A DNA stretch of 32,000 bases from Candidatus Omnitrophota bacterium (GCA_023818895.1 JAMWCX010000002.1:1-32000); one strand, 5' to 3'. Shown: positions 17,884 to 26,316, counted from the stretch's first letter. The notes: generated by a model from the sequence alone, not told the origin. Translations and numbers: made by a program.

Positions 17884-19093
17884 GAAAGTTCTGCTTCTTA
17901 CAAACGAATACCCGCCGTCAATATACGGAGGGGCCGGCATACACGTTGGCTACTTAAGCCGCGAGCTCTCAAAGCTATGCAAGGTAGAAGTGCGTACCTT
18001 CGGAAACCACAACATACGTAAAGGCAATCTCACGGTAACGGGCTTTCCGGTTGATGACAGCCGCTATACCGCCCCGAAGCCGCTTCAGCAGGTATTCGGA
18101 GCCATGCAGCGTTGCATTGATTTTAATGCCACGAATATAGACGCCGATATCGTCCATGTCCACACGTGGTACACTCACCTCGGCGGCGTCCTCGCCAAAC
18201 TCAATTATTCCATTCCGCTGGTTGTGACCACCCATTCATTAGAGCCTCTGCGGCCCTGGAAACGGGAACAGCTTGCCGGCGGCTACAACTGCAGCTTGTG
18301 GATCGAGAAAACAGCTATAGAAATGGCCAACGCTGTAATCGCTGTCTCGGCTGAGGCGAAAAAAGACATTCTGAAATTCTTCAAGATCCGCCCTTCCAAA
18401 ATCCATGTCATACATAACGGCATAGACCTCAATGAATACCGTCCTGTGAAAGCTCCCCAACTCCTCAAGCGTTTCGGCATAGACCCTCAAAAACCATATC
18501 TACTATTTGTGGGCAGAATCACCCGGCAGAAGGGAATCATACACCTGGTAAACGCCATAAAATACCTGGATGGTGGCTTTCAGGTCGTTCTGTGCGCCGG
18601 AGCACCCGATACAGAAGAGATAGGAAAAGAGATGAAAGATCGCGTGGCGGCCATGCAGAAAAAACGAAACGGCATCATATGGATACACCAGATGTTAGAC
18701 CTTCCCTCCAAGGTCGCCCTCTATTCCCATGCCGATGTCTTTTGCTGTCCTTCGATATATGAACCTTTCGGGATAATAAACCTTGAAGCGATGGCCTGCG
18801 AAACCGCTGTTGTGGCAAGCGCTGTCGGGGGAATAAAAGAAGTGGTTGTCGAGGGCAAAACCGGTTTTCTCGTGAACACCGGAAAGCTGAAAGATGGTTC
18901 CTTCGAGCTTGAGGATCCAGTAAAGTTCGAAAAAGAGCTTGCCCGGAAGATAAACGAACTTATGAAAAATAAGAGATTGCGCGATAAGATGGGAAAGGCC
19001 GGCCGCAAGAGGGCTTTGGAACATTTCAGCTGGCCGGCGGTAGCGAAACAAACCTGCGAACTGTATCGGTCTGTTCTGAGTACCACCTCCTAA
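17882..19093 (+). CDS. glgM: GT4 alpha-maltose-1-phosphate synthase (GlgM / 'glycogen synthase, Corynebacterium family')
   Basis: MKVLLLTNEYPPSIYGGAGIHV, HSLEPLRPWKREQLAGGY, FVGRITRQKG, VLCAGAPDT and CPSIYEPFGIINLEAMACETAVVASAVGGIKEVV closely follow the actinobacterial GlgM pattern as I remember it. Confidence 0.8.
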   Translation: MKVLLLTNEYPPSIYGGAGIHVGYLSRELSKLCKVEVRTFGNHNIRKGNLTVTGFPVDDSRYTAPKPLQQVFGAMQRCIDFNATNIDADIVHVHTWYTHLGGVLAKLNYSIPLVVTTHSLEPLRPWKREQLAGGYNCSLWIEKTAIEMANAVIAVSAEAKKDILKFFKIRPSKIHVIHNGIDLNEYRPVKAPQLLKRFGIDPQKPYLLFVGRITRQKGIIHLVNAIKYLDGGFQVVLCAGAPDTEEIGKEMKDRVAAMQKKRNGIIWIHQMLDLPSKVALYSHADVFCCPSIYEPFGIINLEAMACETAVVASAVGGIKEVVVEGKTGFLVNTGKLKDGSFELEDPVKFEKELARKINELMKNKRLRDKMGKAGRKRALEHFSWPAVAKQTCELYRSVLSTTS

Positions 19094-19114
19094 ATTCCGC
19101 CACCCCCACCTACA

Positions 19115-22100
19115 CTACGCCGCCTGGAGCGCCTTCGCCTGAGCCTTATATATATCCTTGAGTTTTTCATAATCGACCGGTTCCGCCTTCGGGAGGAATA
19201 CGACTAGCCTCTTTACCTTATCGTAAGAAGCGATGAGCGGCAGTTTCGGCGGCTCCTTTCCTGCCGCAAGCTCAAGGGCAAGGCAAAGCATCTCCATAAT
19301 CCTTATATTAAGTTGTTCTAAGGATGCCGTATGCTCATCGCTGAATCTCTTCAGCTCTGAAGGATCCACGCAGGCAAGAAATGCCCGCTCATCATTATCC
19401 GTGCTCCTTAAGGGAATGAAGCTATCCGACTCAAGCGTGGTGTTGGAACCCAGCACCACTACATTCGACAACTTCGTATTCGTCCTCTCCGCCTCCTTAA
19501 TAATGACATCGGCCAGTTCGTTGGCTGGGCGGTGAACCACGATGACGTTATCAAGCCCCAACGACCGTAATGTGTCCCCCAGAGATTCTATCTCCTTGAC
19601 AAGAGAGTTGATGGCATTACGCTGAAGCGACCCTTTTTCCTCATATCCCGGTATCCAATCGGTCTCGAGGCCTATTATCAACTTCTGGTCATTGTATTTT
19701 GCGCGTCTGGCGATAGCTATAACTGAGGCGACTATCGAGTCGGCCTCAAGCCGGGTCAGACCGGCCTTCAGCCTGTTTGACAAGCCCTTTATATCGGCTG
19801 GCACGGAATCTTCCGGCATACTGTCAAGAGATCCGAGAAGGGTTTGCAGCCTCTCTTTTATCTCGGAGGTGGCCATGCCCGTATGAAGGGCTATTTCGCC
19901 CGGCGCGGAAGGAATGACCTTATGCTTGTCAACAAGCACCCGTAGAAGATTACCGTTCGTTATCATTCTTGCCCGTTCGTTATTAACGGTCCCTTCGACT
20001 ATCTCGAAAAGCCGCGCTACTTCAGGGTCCGCGTTAATGGCTGATGTCTTTTTCTCCGCCGCGGCCTCACCCATCCCCTGTCCCGGCCAGAGAAGCGCAA
20101 GCCGCAGGATGCGAGTCTGCTCTTCGGAAAGCTTATACTTCTTCTGCGCCCTCTCTATATTCTTGGCGATCACATCCGCCGGAATCTCGGACTCAGCGAG
20201 CGGTTTTACCTTCCGGAGCGCGGCCCTGAGCGCCTTCATCTCCTTCGGGACGCTGGACTCCACTATCTCAAAGGCCTCAATATGAGAAATGCTTGTATAC
20301 TTCTCGAGCTTCTTCTTGGCCTCGGATGTTATCGTCGCCAGCTCTGATGTCGTAGGCGATGTTAGTGACGGATTAGCTAAAGAAGCGTCCGGCTTCTGAC
20401 TATCGTGAATGGGCGCTTCAACCTTTCCTTGTTCAGTACCACCTTCGGACTGATCGAGTTTGCTACTTTGAGCGCGTGATTCAATCAGTATTCGCGCATG
20501 ATTCGAAACCCCCAATTCGTTGAGCTCCTCGATGTCCACAGGATCCAGCATGATGTGAATAATGCCCGCACTTTCATCGAAGTATAGTTCCGCTTGCGGA
20601 TGGCGCGATGTCTTCATAAACGTGCTATTCCACGCCCACTGCTGGTGGTAATCAAACCATCTCAGGTTGAAAAGCGCGTCAACGTCATACCGGTTTTTAT
20701 CCGTCGCCAACCAGCATTGAACACCCCAGTTCTTCGTCTTGGGGCTTGCATAGACGCGAAGGACAATATCACCCACCATCTTTTCTTTGACAATAACGTC
20801 TTTATCGCTGATAAATCTACTGCTGTCAGGCGCAATATCGACCCATCCTTTTAATAAATCCATCATGTCCGCGCCCAGCATCATCGTCGCTTTATCCAGT
20901 CCAAAATCCTTGCGCAACTGTTCTTTCGACTTATCAAAACCACTACTATCGTCACGCTGACCTTCTCTTCCGAACTGCCCCGGCTTCTGCGCATCGGCTA
21001 TTTCGCCCGCCGAGTCAACCCCCTTCTCTATCTCCTCGATCACGTCGGAGATGCGGACTCTGTTCATCTGTTTTTTGTCTTTTTGCGCCTCCTTCAGGTA
21101 CGGCAGCGCCTTCTCGCCCATCTTCAAAAGCGCCTGCCTCGCGTCCTCTACCTTGCGATAATCCTTTCCGACAAGGTCGGTAATGATGAGCTGTATCTTA
21201 TTAGAATCAATGGCACCTACCGCCGCGTCGTCGGGGAGAACATCCCCAACTCGCAGAACCTTATCGTGAAGGCTGGCAAAACGCTCTTTCAATCTCGTAA
21301 AGTGACGCCATAAAATATAGGATATGGCGCCGATGAAGAACACGCTTCCGGCCAGCGCAACCACCGAAACTAAGCCGGCTGAAAGAAAGGCGGTCGCCAT
21401 CCCTGCCAAGCCTGTGATCGCGATGAAGTCTATGGAAAAAAGCCTTTCCCTGCCGGAGGGCGCCCGCTGGCGGGCCGCCTTGATAATACTCCTGAGTATC
21501 ACCCTGTCATCGGCGTTTGATACCTCGCAATCCTTCATCTTTTCCAGATAGGGAACGCAAGAGCTATCTAGATCATCGGCCGCTATATCCATGATATACC
21601 TGCGCATCAGCACAGATGATTCTGTTGGATAGATATCCTCCGATACCGCCTTGATAAAAGATGCGGGATATGTATTCTTCAATATATGCTTAAGGCGCAT
21701 GGTTTCAAGATAGAGTGCCTTGCTGTATAATTCAGGCGACACAAAACCGTCTGCTGCGCGCGTAAACTTGTTTATCTCCGTTAATTTCTTGAAAGGATAC
21801 CCTGCTATCGCCGTCGCCCCGCCCAAGAAAAACGCGCATGCCGCCAATAACGGCGCCTGCGCCGTCACTATGGCATAGATACCGCCCGCAACGCAGGTAA
21901 GCGGCAAGACCAGCTGTGCGATTGCCGTGTTTATAAGCGCTATGCGTATCATCAAAGACGGGTAATCACTCGCGTTTTTCATTACCGTTCGGTGGGCTAT
22001 GCCGAGGAACATCTTCCCCAAGACAAACGAGATGACGGTGATCAACCCGTAATACAATAATGCCGGCATTGCAAGCAAGCCGCTCACAGCAAAGGCATCC

Positions 22101-24355
22101 AATGAATATGCCTTATGTTTTTCCAGCGCAGACTTCTCTTCCGCTGCAACCATTTGGCTTCGCGGCTTTTTTATATTCCGCCAGCCCAAATATGCGCAGG
22201 CGCTTAAAACCAAGGCGGCTATCGCTGCGATGGTGCTATAGGCTCCGGCGGACGATACCAATGCCAGAGGCTCTGTAAAAGTCCCCCCGAACGCCAACGC
22301 CGGCACCAGCAAAAGGAAAGCGATTCCGGCCGATTTTTTCAAAACCGGCGGTATAAGAGGCCTGTTTGCGTTCCTTTGCCAATAGCTCGATTGTTCGGTC
22401 GCGGACTGTTGACCGGACTGCGAATAAACTGTAGCGTAGCCGGAGAGGAAGGGAGCTATCAGCATTAAAAGGACGGGGGTAATATTCTTTATATTCCCGG
22501 CCGTTTCGCTTATGGAGGATTCTTTTTGACCACTCTCTGCGGCAACATCCCCTTTTCCTCTGACGATTAATTTCCCCGGAACCGCGACTGAAGTCTGTAC
22601 CTCCCACCGGTGAGTACGCTTATTAGGCTTATATTCGTGATGCACGTAGGGCGGGGTGTATATCACAGAATAATCTTTTCCTTCCGCTATACATTGAGCT
22701 ATAATCTCTGCCTGCCTCTCTGTTAAGGAAGTATGACAATCGAACGGCGGATAACCCGGCATAGGCTCATGGGTAAGTAAAGTTAAATAATAGCGCAGAG
22801 GCGCTAACCGCTTATCATGTATAAGTAGACGCGCAAGATCTTGCGCGGCATTATAGCGGACATCCCTCTCGTCGTCAGCCAGGTCTTTTATAAGCTTTAG
22901 CATCGCCGCAGGGTTTACGACCTTCTCGCGGGATTCTGCGGACGCAGCTTTTTTGGCTTGCTCGGCCCCATCATCGCTGCCGGGCAACTGATCTACAAAT
23001 TCACCTTCTATGGCAACCTCCAACCGGCCCGGTTGATCCAATTTTTCCTCATACCAATATGTAGTCTCCCAAAAATCTGTTACCCTCTCATCATGTGTCA
23101 GGGGTCGGCTATATTTTACCTGGAAAGATTTTCCTTCTACAAGACATTGAGCTATAAAAGCGGCCTCCCGCCTCGTCAGTGGCACATAGTACAAAGGATC
23201 GTAACGACTAACCGCCACTGTCAAAAAATACCCACTCAGAGGTATTGGGAGGGGCAAATTTTTCAATTTCAAAAGTATTGTTGCCGCATGTCGCCGGACA
23301 CCCTCATCGCTGTCGGCCAAATTTAATACGAGAGATTTGATCTCATCCTTAATTTGCGGGTCCTGCGAAAGAATTGCTTTGTCTATTCTTGCTGCTCTGC
23401 GCTTTTCTATCCTTGCCTTGACAGCCTCAGGCGCATTCCTGTCAATGAGGAAATCTATTACAAAGACTACGACCAATATCACTCCTATGTAATATAACGA
23501 AGATGTGATTAGCGATTCCAACTCATTCCCACCTACTGTGGCCAGCATAATCATCCCGTTTAAAAGGCCGAACGAATGAAAAACGCCGGAGCCGGTGGCG
23601 GGAGAACCGGGCCTATTTTCGCCTCGAGAAAGCCTGGCGGACGGCTTGGCATCGCGGGAACCCTCTGGTTCTCCCCGCTTTTGGGATCCATCCTCCCCCG
23701 CCTGTTCCGTTACGGCGTTGCGGGGCGTGGATGATTCGGAAACCGCTTTCAGGCCTTCAGAAATATCTTTCAACCGCTCTTGAGATGCGGATGCAGGTTC
23801 TTTCCTGTAATCGTCCCTTACTACCTTTATTACAAAGGTGTCCGACAGCCCCTTTATCTCATGGCCTTTAAGAGCCGCGGATAAAGGATTAGTCTTAGGT
23901 GTAACTTGAATAATATATCGATGGCCGTTTCGCTCGAACGGTATTAGCAACACGCCATTTTTGTCAAGACGTATATCCGAAAGGGGCGTGTTTCTCTCCT
24001 TACCGTCAACAAGCGTTACTTTTGAAAGGTCTATGTCTCCGATCTTGTCAGCTACCCCGTATATCGGATTTTTTAATACTTCTTCCATAAGCCTCATAGG
24101 CAAAGGACCTATGCCGACATTCTTATCTCCGAAAGCGTATTTGGCTATATCGAGGGAAAGAATAAAAAGGCTGCAGGCCTTCTTTACTGCCTCTGTAGCC
24201 GAGGGGTCCTGAAATATCGAATGGGTAGCAAGACACGATGGGGCTGATGGATTTTCCGGAGGATTGGCCCACGCTACATCAAGCGCAAGAAATGAGATTA
24301 CCAACAAGATCGATATCGATTTGAACCACAAATATTTTTTCATGCTATAAATCAT
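19115..24355 (-). CDS. Giant (1746 aa) multi-pass membrane protein with HEAT-like units; function unknown
   Basis: Uninterrupted ORF with SD GAGGAGAG 5-7 nt upstream. N-terminal signal/anchor MKKYLWFKSISILLVISFLALDVAWA. About 10 further hydrophobic segments (residues about 258-304, 625-645, 674-724, 753-855, 973-1016). HEAT-like units (LADSDEGVRRHAATILLKL, LADDERDVRYNAAQDLARL, DYRKVEDARQALLKMGEKALPYL). I recognise no catalytic motif. Confidence 0.85.
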   Translation of the reverse strand: MIYSMKKYLWFKSISILLVISFLALDVAWANPPENPSAPSCLATHSIFQDPSATEAVKKACSLFILSLDIAKYAFGDKNVGIGPLPMRLMEEVLKNPIYGVADKIGDIDLSKVTLVDGKERNTPLSDIRLDKNGVLLIPFERNGHRYIIQVTPKTNPLSAALKGHEIKGLSDTFVIKVVRDDYRKEPASASQERLKDISEGLKAVSESSTPRNAVTEQAGEDGSQKRGEPEGSRDAKPSARLSRGENRPGSPATGSGVFHSFGLLNGMIMLATVGGNELESLITSSLYYIGVILVVVFVIDFLIDRNAPEAVKARIEKRRAARIDKAILSQDPQIKDEIKSLVLNLADSDEGVRRHAATILLKLKNLPLPIPLSGYFLTVAVSRYDPLYYVPLTRREAAFIAQCLVEGKSFQVKYSRPLTHDERVTDFWETTYWYEEKLDQPGRLEVAIEGEFVDQLPGSDDGAEQAKKAASAESREKVVNPAAMLKLIKDLADDERDVRYNAAQDLARLLIHDKRLAPLRYYLTLLTHEPMPGYPPFDCHTSLTERQAEIIAQCIAEGKDYSVIYTPPYVHHEYKPNKRTHRWEVQTSVAVPGKLIVRGKGDVAAESGQKESSISETAGNIKNITPVLLMLIAPFLSGYATVYSQSGQQSATEQSSYWQRNANRPLIPPVLKKSAGIAFLLLVPALAFGGTFTEPLALVSSAGAYSTIAAIAALVLSACAYLGWRNIKKPRSQMVAAEEKSALEKHKAYSLDAFAVSGLLAMPALLYYGLITVISFVLGKMFLGIAHRTVMKNASDYPSLMIRIALINTAIAQLVLPLTCVAGGIYAIVTAQAPLLAACAFFLGGATAIAGYPFKKLTEINKFTRAADGFVSPELYSKALYLETMRLKHILKNTYPASFIKAVSEDIYPTESSVLMRRYIMDIAADDLDSSCVPYLEKMKDCEVSNADDRVILRSIIKAARQRAPSGRERLFSIDFIAITGLAGMATAFLSAGLVSVVALAGSVFFIGAISYILWRHFTRLKERFASLHDKVLRVGDVLPDDAAVGAIDSNKIQLIITDLVGKDYRKVEDARQALLKMGEKALPYLKEAQKDKKQMNRVRISDVIEEIEKGVDSAGEIADAQKPGQFGREGQRDDSSGFDKSKEQLRKDFGLDKATMMLGADMMDLLKGWVDIAPDSSRFISDKDVIVKEKMVGDIVLRVYASPKTKNWGVQCWLATDKNRYDVDALFNLRWFDYHQQWAWNSTFMKTSRHPQAELYFDESAGIIHIMLDPVDIEELNELGVSNHARILIESRAQSSKLDQSEGGTEQGKVEAPIHDSQKPDASLANPSLTSPTTSELATITSEAKKKLEKYTSISHIEAFEIVESSVPKEMKALRAALRKVKPLAESEIPADVIAKNIERAQKKYKLSEEQTRILRLALLWPGQGMGEAAAEKKTSAINADPEVARLFEIVEGTVNNERARMITNGNLLRVLVDKHKVIPSAPGEIALHTGMATSEIKERLQTLLGSLDSMPEDSVPADIKGLSNRLKAGLTRLEADSIVASVIAIARRAKYNDQKLIIGLETDWIPGYEEKGSLQRNAINSLVKEIESLGDTLRSLGLDNVIVVHRPANELADVIIKEAERTNTKLSNVVVLGSNTTLESDSFIPLRSTDNDERAFLACVDPSELKRFSDEHTASLEQLNIRIMEMLCLALELAAGKEPPKLPLIASYDKVKRLVVFLPKAEPVDYEKLKDIYKAQAKALQAA
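22547..23353 (-). repeat. Intragenic tandem duplication of a module of about 115 aa within the giant ORF
   Basis: Module 1 (residues about 335-452, nt 23000-23353) and module 2 (residues about 481-603, nt 22547-22915) align at LAD..(D/E)VR..AA..L..L, Y(F/Y)LT, LT.R(E/Q)A..IAQC..EGK...V.Y..P..H. Confidence 0.7.
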
Positions 24356-24404
24356 AAAAATCTCTCCTCTGTTCTTTGGTCTAACAAGTTATTATATCTT
24401 TAAA

Positions 24405-24443
24405 TAAAAAAGCCAGGCTAACATTCTTGCCATCAGCCCGGCT
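24405..24443 (-). terminator. Rho-independent terminator
   Basis: Minus-strand RNA: AGCCGGGCU (24443-24435), 15-nt loop, AGCCUGGCU (24419-24411). This gives a 9-bp stem with one G-U pair, followed by UUUUUU (24410-24405). Confidence 0.7.
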
Positions 24444-24528
24444 ACAACAAAAAATAGTTGTTCAGACTTTCTTTTGTGCTTACACCTATTTATCACGTTC
24501 TTTATTTTTCTACTCCTAACATTTAGGT
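24405..24528 (-). ncRNA. Candidate sRNA of about 120 nt, or 3'UTR-derived RNA, or a 5' leader of the giant gene
   Basis: It is bracketed by a near-consensus promoter (24535-24563) and the intrinsic terminator (24405-24443). There is no ORF longer than 6 codons with an SD. An additional small hairpin ACAAC/GTTGT lies at 24444-24461. Confidence 0.3.
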
Positions 24529-24534
24529 GAAAGA

Positions 24535-24563
24535 AGTATAACATAGACATTTAGCTCTGTCAA
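24535..24563 (-). promoter_or_regulatory. Near-consensus sigma70-type promoter immediately downstream of the BNR gene stop
   Basis: Minus strand: TTGACA (24563-24558), 17-nt spacer, TATACT (24540-24535). It begins 12 nt after the stop codon at 24575. Confidence 0.5.
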
Positions 24564-24574
24564 GTTTATATAGC

Positions 24575-26143
24575 TTACTTTTTTTTATTTAACTTTGAAA
24601 ATTCAGATAGGTAATTGCCAGTTAGGTCATCAATAGCCTGAGCCAGTTCTTTTACCCTTAACTCCTTCTCAAAACGCAACCGGCTATCTTTAGGAGGCGA
24701 TGACATCAGCTCAAACTGCAGTCTTTTTCTCTCGTAATAAGCCCTGCGCAGGTCATCGAGTATGTCATTTCGCAACTGTGTATTTAGCCTAGACCTTACA
24801 TCGATACTCGTCTGATCAGTCGACCATATTAGGTCTGCGAGATCCCAGGAAACCGAGACATCCCACCCTTTGGAGATATCGTCAGGCCCGGCAACTACAT
24901 AGTCCTTCGTCGCGCTAGTGTATATCTCATAGGTATTAGACATGTCAATATCCATGCCGAAACTGACTTTAGGCATAAGGGCCTTTAGCCGGGCCTCGCC
25001 TCTCCATTTCTTTATTTTTTCCGGGCTGACCTCGTTATATTCAATGGCCGCCTTCTGCAGTTCAGCGAACGACGGCTCCCCGTCATAGAGTATACTCAAC
25101 GAACTTAAATTTGTCTCGATGTTGACGTGACTATCGTAAATAATCTCCGGGTCCTCTACTCTGTAAAAGCCCTTATCAGTTAATGCCAATACCGACTTTT
25201 CATCTTTCCCATCAAATACCACGATTCTTGCGCTTACTGATCTATCTGTCCCCTTATACAGCTCAATCCATTTACTCTTCGCAGGGCAATACCCGAAAAC
25301 CCCTTTAGACGTAGCGCAGAATATCTTATCGGATATAGAAGAAACTAGCATATGGTTTATGTGGCCAGCGAGACCGGCGCTTGGAAGAAAGCCCCATGTC
25401 TTGCCGAGATCGTCCGAATACAGCACCTTTTCGCCAATAGACGCATAGACCCTATTGTTTTTAATAGCAAGGCAGCTGACGCTTGATGCCTGATCTTCGC
25501 CATCTTCCGGAATATCAGCATCCTCCTCTATTCCGGCTGCCTCATTTGCGCAGACGCGCACATAGATCCTATCCCAGGCATAAGGTCCGTCTTTCGATAT
25601 GTATAAGCCGCCATCACTGGACGCATATATATGCCCCTGGTTTATGGCGATACAATTCACAGCTCTGTTCTTCAGGACCCCGCTTATGTCTTGCCAGCTT
25701 ATCCCACCATTCTCGCTCAGGAAAACGCCTCTGCGAGCACCAATAATCAGCCTACTGGCGCCATGTTTGGACATATCTATGCATAGTATATCGCTTTTTT
25801 CCGGGATTATCGTTTTGAATACATTCCTCCAGCTTCTTCCTGAGTCCTGAGACCTAAAAAGGCCTCTTTTTGTGCCCACAAAGATCTTGCCGTTACATCC
25901 AAGCATAAAGTTGATCTCATTTCCTCCTGGAGGCAGCGTAAAAACGGTTTGCCAGTTATCCTTTGTGGCCCTGTATACCTCTGAGCGCGTCGCAAGAAAA
26001 ACCTGACCGCCGTCAGCGACTATCGAACGCGCGCCGATATCGCGGATAGCTCCGCCTTTATCCGCAAAAAGCTCCTGTGAATAGGCCGTTATCGCGGGCA
26101 AAAGCAATGTTTGGATTATTACTAAGACAATTCGTGTCTTCAT
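24575..26143 (-). CDS. Secreted BNR/Asp-box beta-propeller protein with an uncharacterised C-terminal domain
   Basis: Signal peptide MKTRIVLVIIQTLLLPAITAYS. Four S-x-D-x-G-x-x-W boxes: SQDSGRSW, SENGGISW, SKDGPYAW and SDDLGKTW. The C-terminal ~170 aa combine beta-strand-like sequence (WDVSVSWDLADLIW) with a long helix (RSRLNTQLRNDILDDLRRAYYERKRLQFEL). SD GAGGGAG. Confidence 0.8.
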   Translation of the reverse strand: MKTRIVLVIIQTLLLPAITAYSQELFADKGGAIRDIGARSIVADGGQVFLATRSEVYRATKDNWQTVFTLPPGGNEINFMLGCNGKIFVGTKRGLFRSQDSGRSWRNVFKTIIPEKSDILCIDMSKHGASRLIIGARRGVFLSENGGISWQDISGVLKNRAVNCIAINQGHIYASSDGGLYISKDGPYAWDRIYVRVCANEAAGIEEDADIPEDGEDQASSVSCLAIKNNRVYASIGEKVLYSDDLGKTWGFLPSAGLAGHINHMLVSSISDKIFCATSKGVFGYCPAKSKWIELYKGTDRSVSARIVVFDGKDEKSVLALTDKGFYRVEDPEIIYDSHVNIETNLSSLSILYDGEPSFAELQKAAIEYNEVSPEKIKKWRGEARLKALMPKVSFGMDIDMSNTYEIYTSATKDYVVAGPDDISKGWDVSVSWDLADLIWSTDQTSIDVRSRLNTQLRNDILDDLRRAYYERKRLQFELMSSPPKDSRLRFEKELRVKELAQAIDDLTGNYLSEFSKLNKKK

Positions 26144-26204
26144 CTTGTTCTCCCTCAGTTTTAACTAAAATCTAACAGGATTTGGGCCGTCAGCGGTTTA
26201 TTCT

Positions 26205-26232
26205 ATTATACAATTATTTAAATTTTAGTCAA
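26205..26232 (-). promoter_or_regulatory. Near-consensus sigma70-type promoter for the BNR gene
   Basis: Minus strand: TTGACT (26232-26227), 16-nt spacer, TATAAT (26210-26205), about 60 nt upstream of ATG 26143. Confidence 0.6.
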
Positions 26233-26264
26233 TTATTTTTTGCTAATTTATCAAATTTATTTAT

Positions 26265-26296
26265 AAAAAAATAGGCCCTCCTTCTACTGCAGGGCC
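26265..26296 (-). terminator. Rho-independent terminator ending the efflux operon / small ORF
   Basis: Minus-strand RNA: GGCCCU (26296-26291), 11-nt loop, AGGGCC (26279-26274), then UAUUUUUUU (A-run 26265-26271 on the plus strand). It lies about 20 nt after the small-ORF stop. Confidence 0.7.
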
Positions 26297-26316
26297 GTAT
26301 TTTCATTTTTAGAATT

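Noticed and set aside
19233-24212. Many track ORFs inside the giant gene, on the opposite strand or in alternative frames (e.g. 19233-19535, 19914-20285, 22236-22607, 22958-23326)
   Set aside because: They are short, lack motifs and are fully nested in a 5.2-kb continuous ORF with coherent domain structure. They are typical shadow ORFs.
24391-24396. TATAAT on the minus strand 36 nt upstream of the giant-gene ATG, downstream of the terminator
   Set aside because: There is no acceptable -35 at 16-18 nt (it would fall in the terminator stem). It may still be a weak or extended promoter, but the evidence is a lone hexamer in AT-rich sequence.
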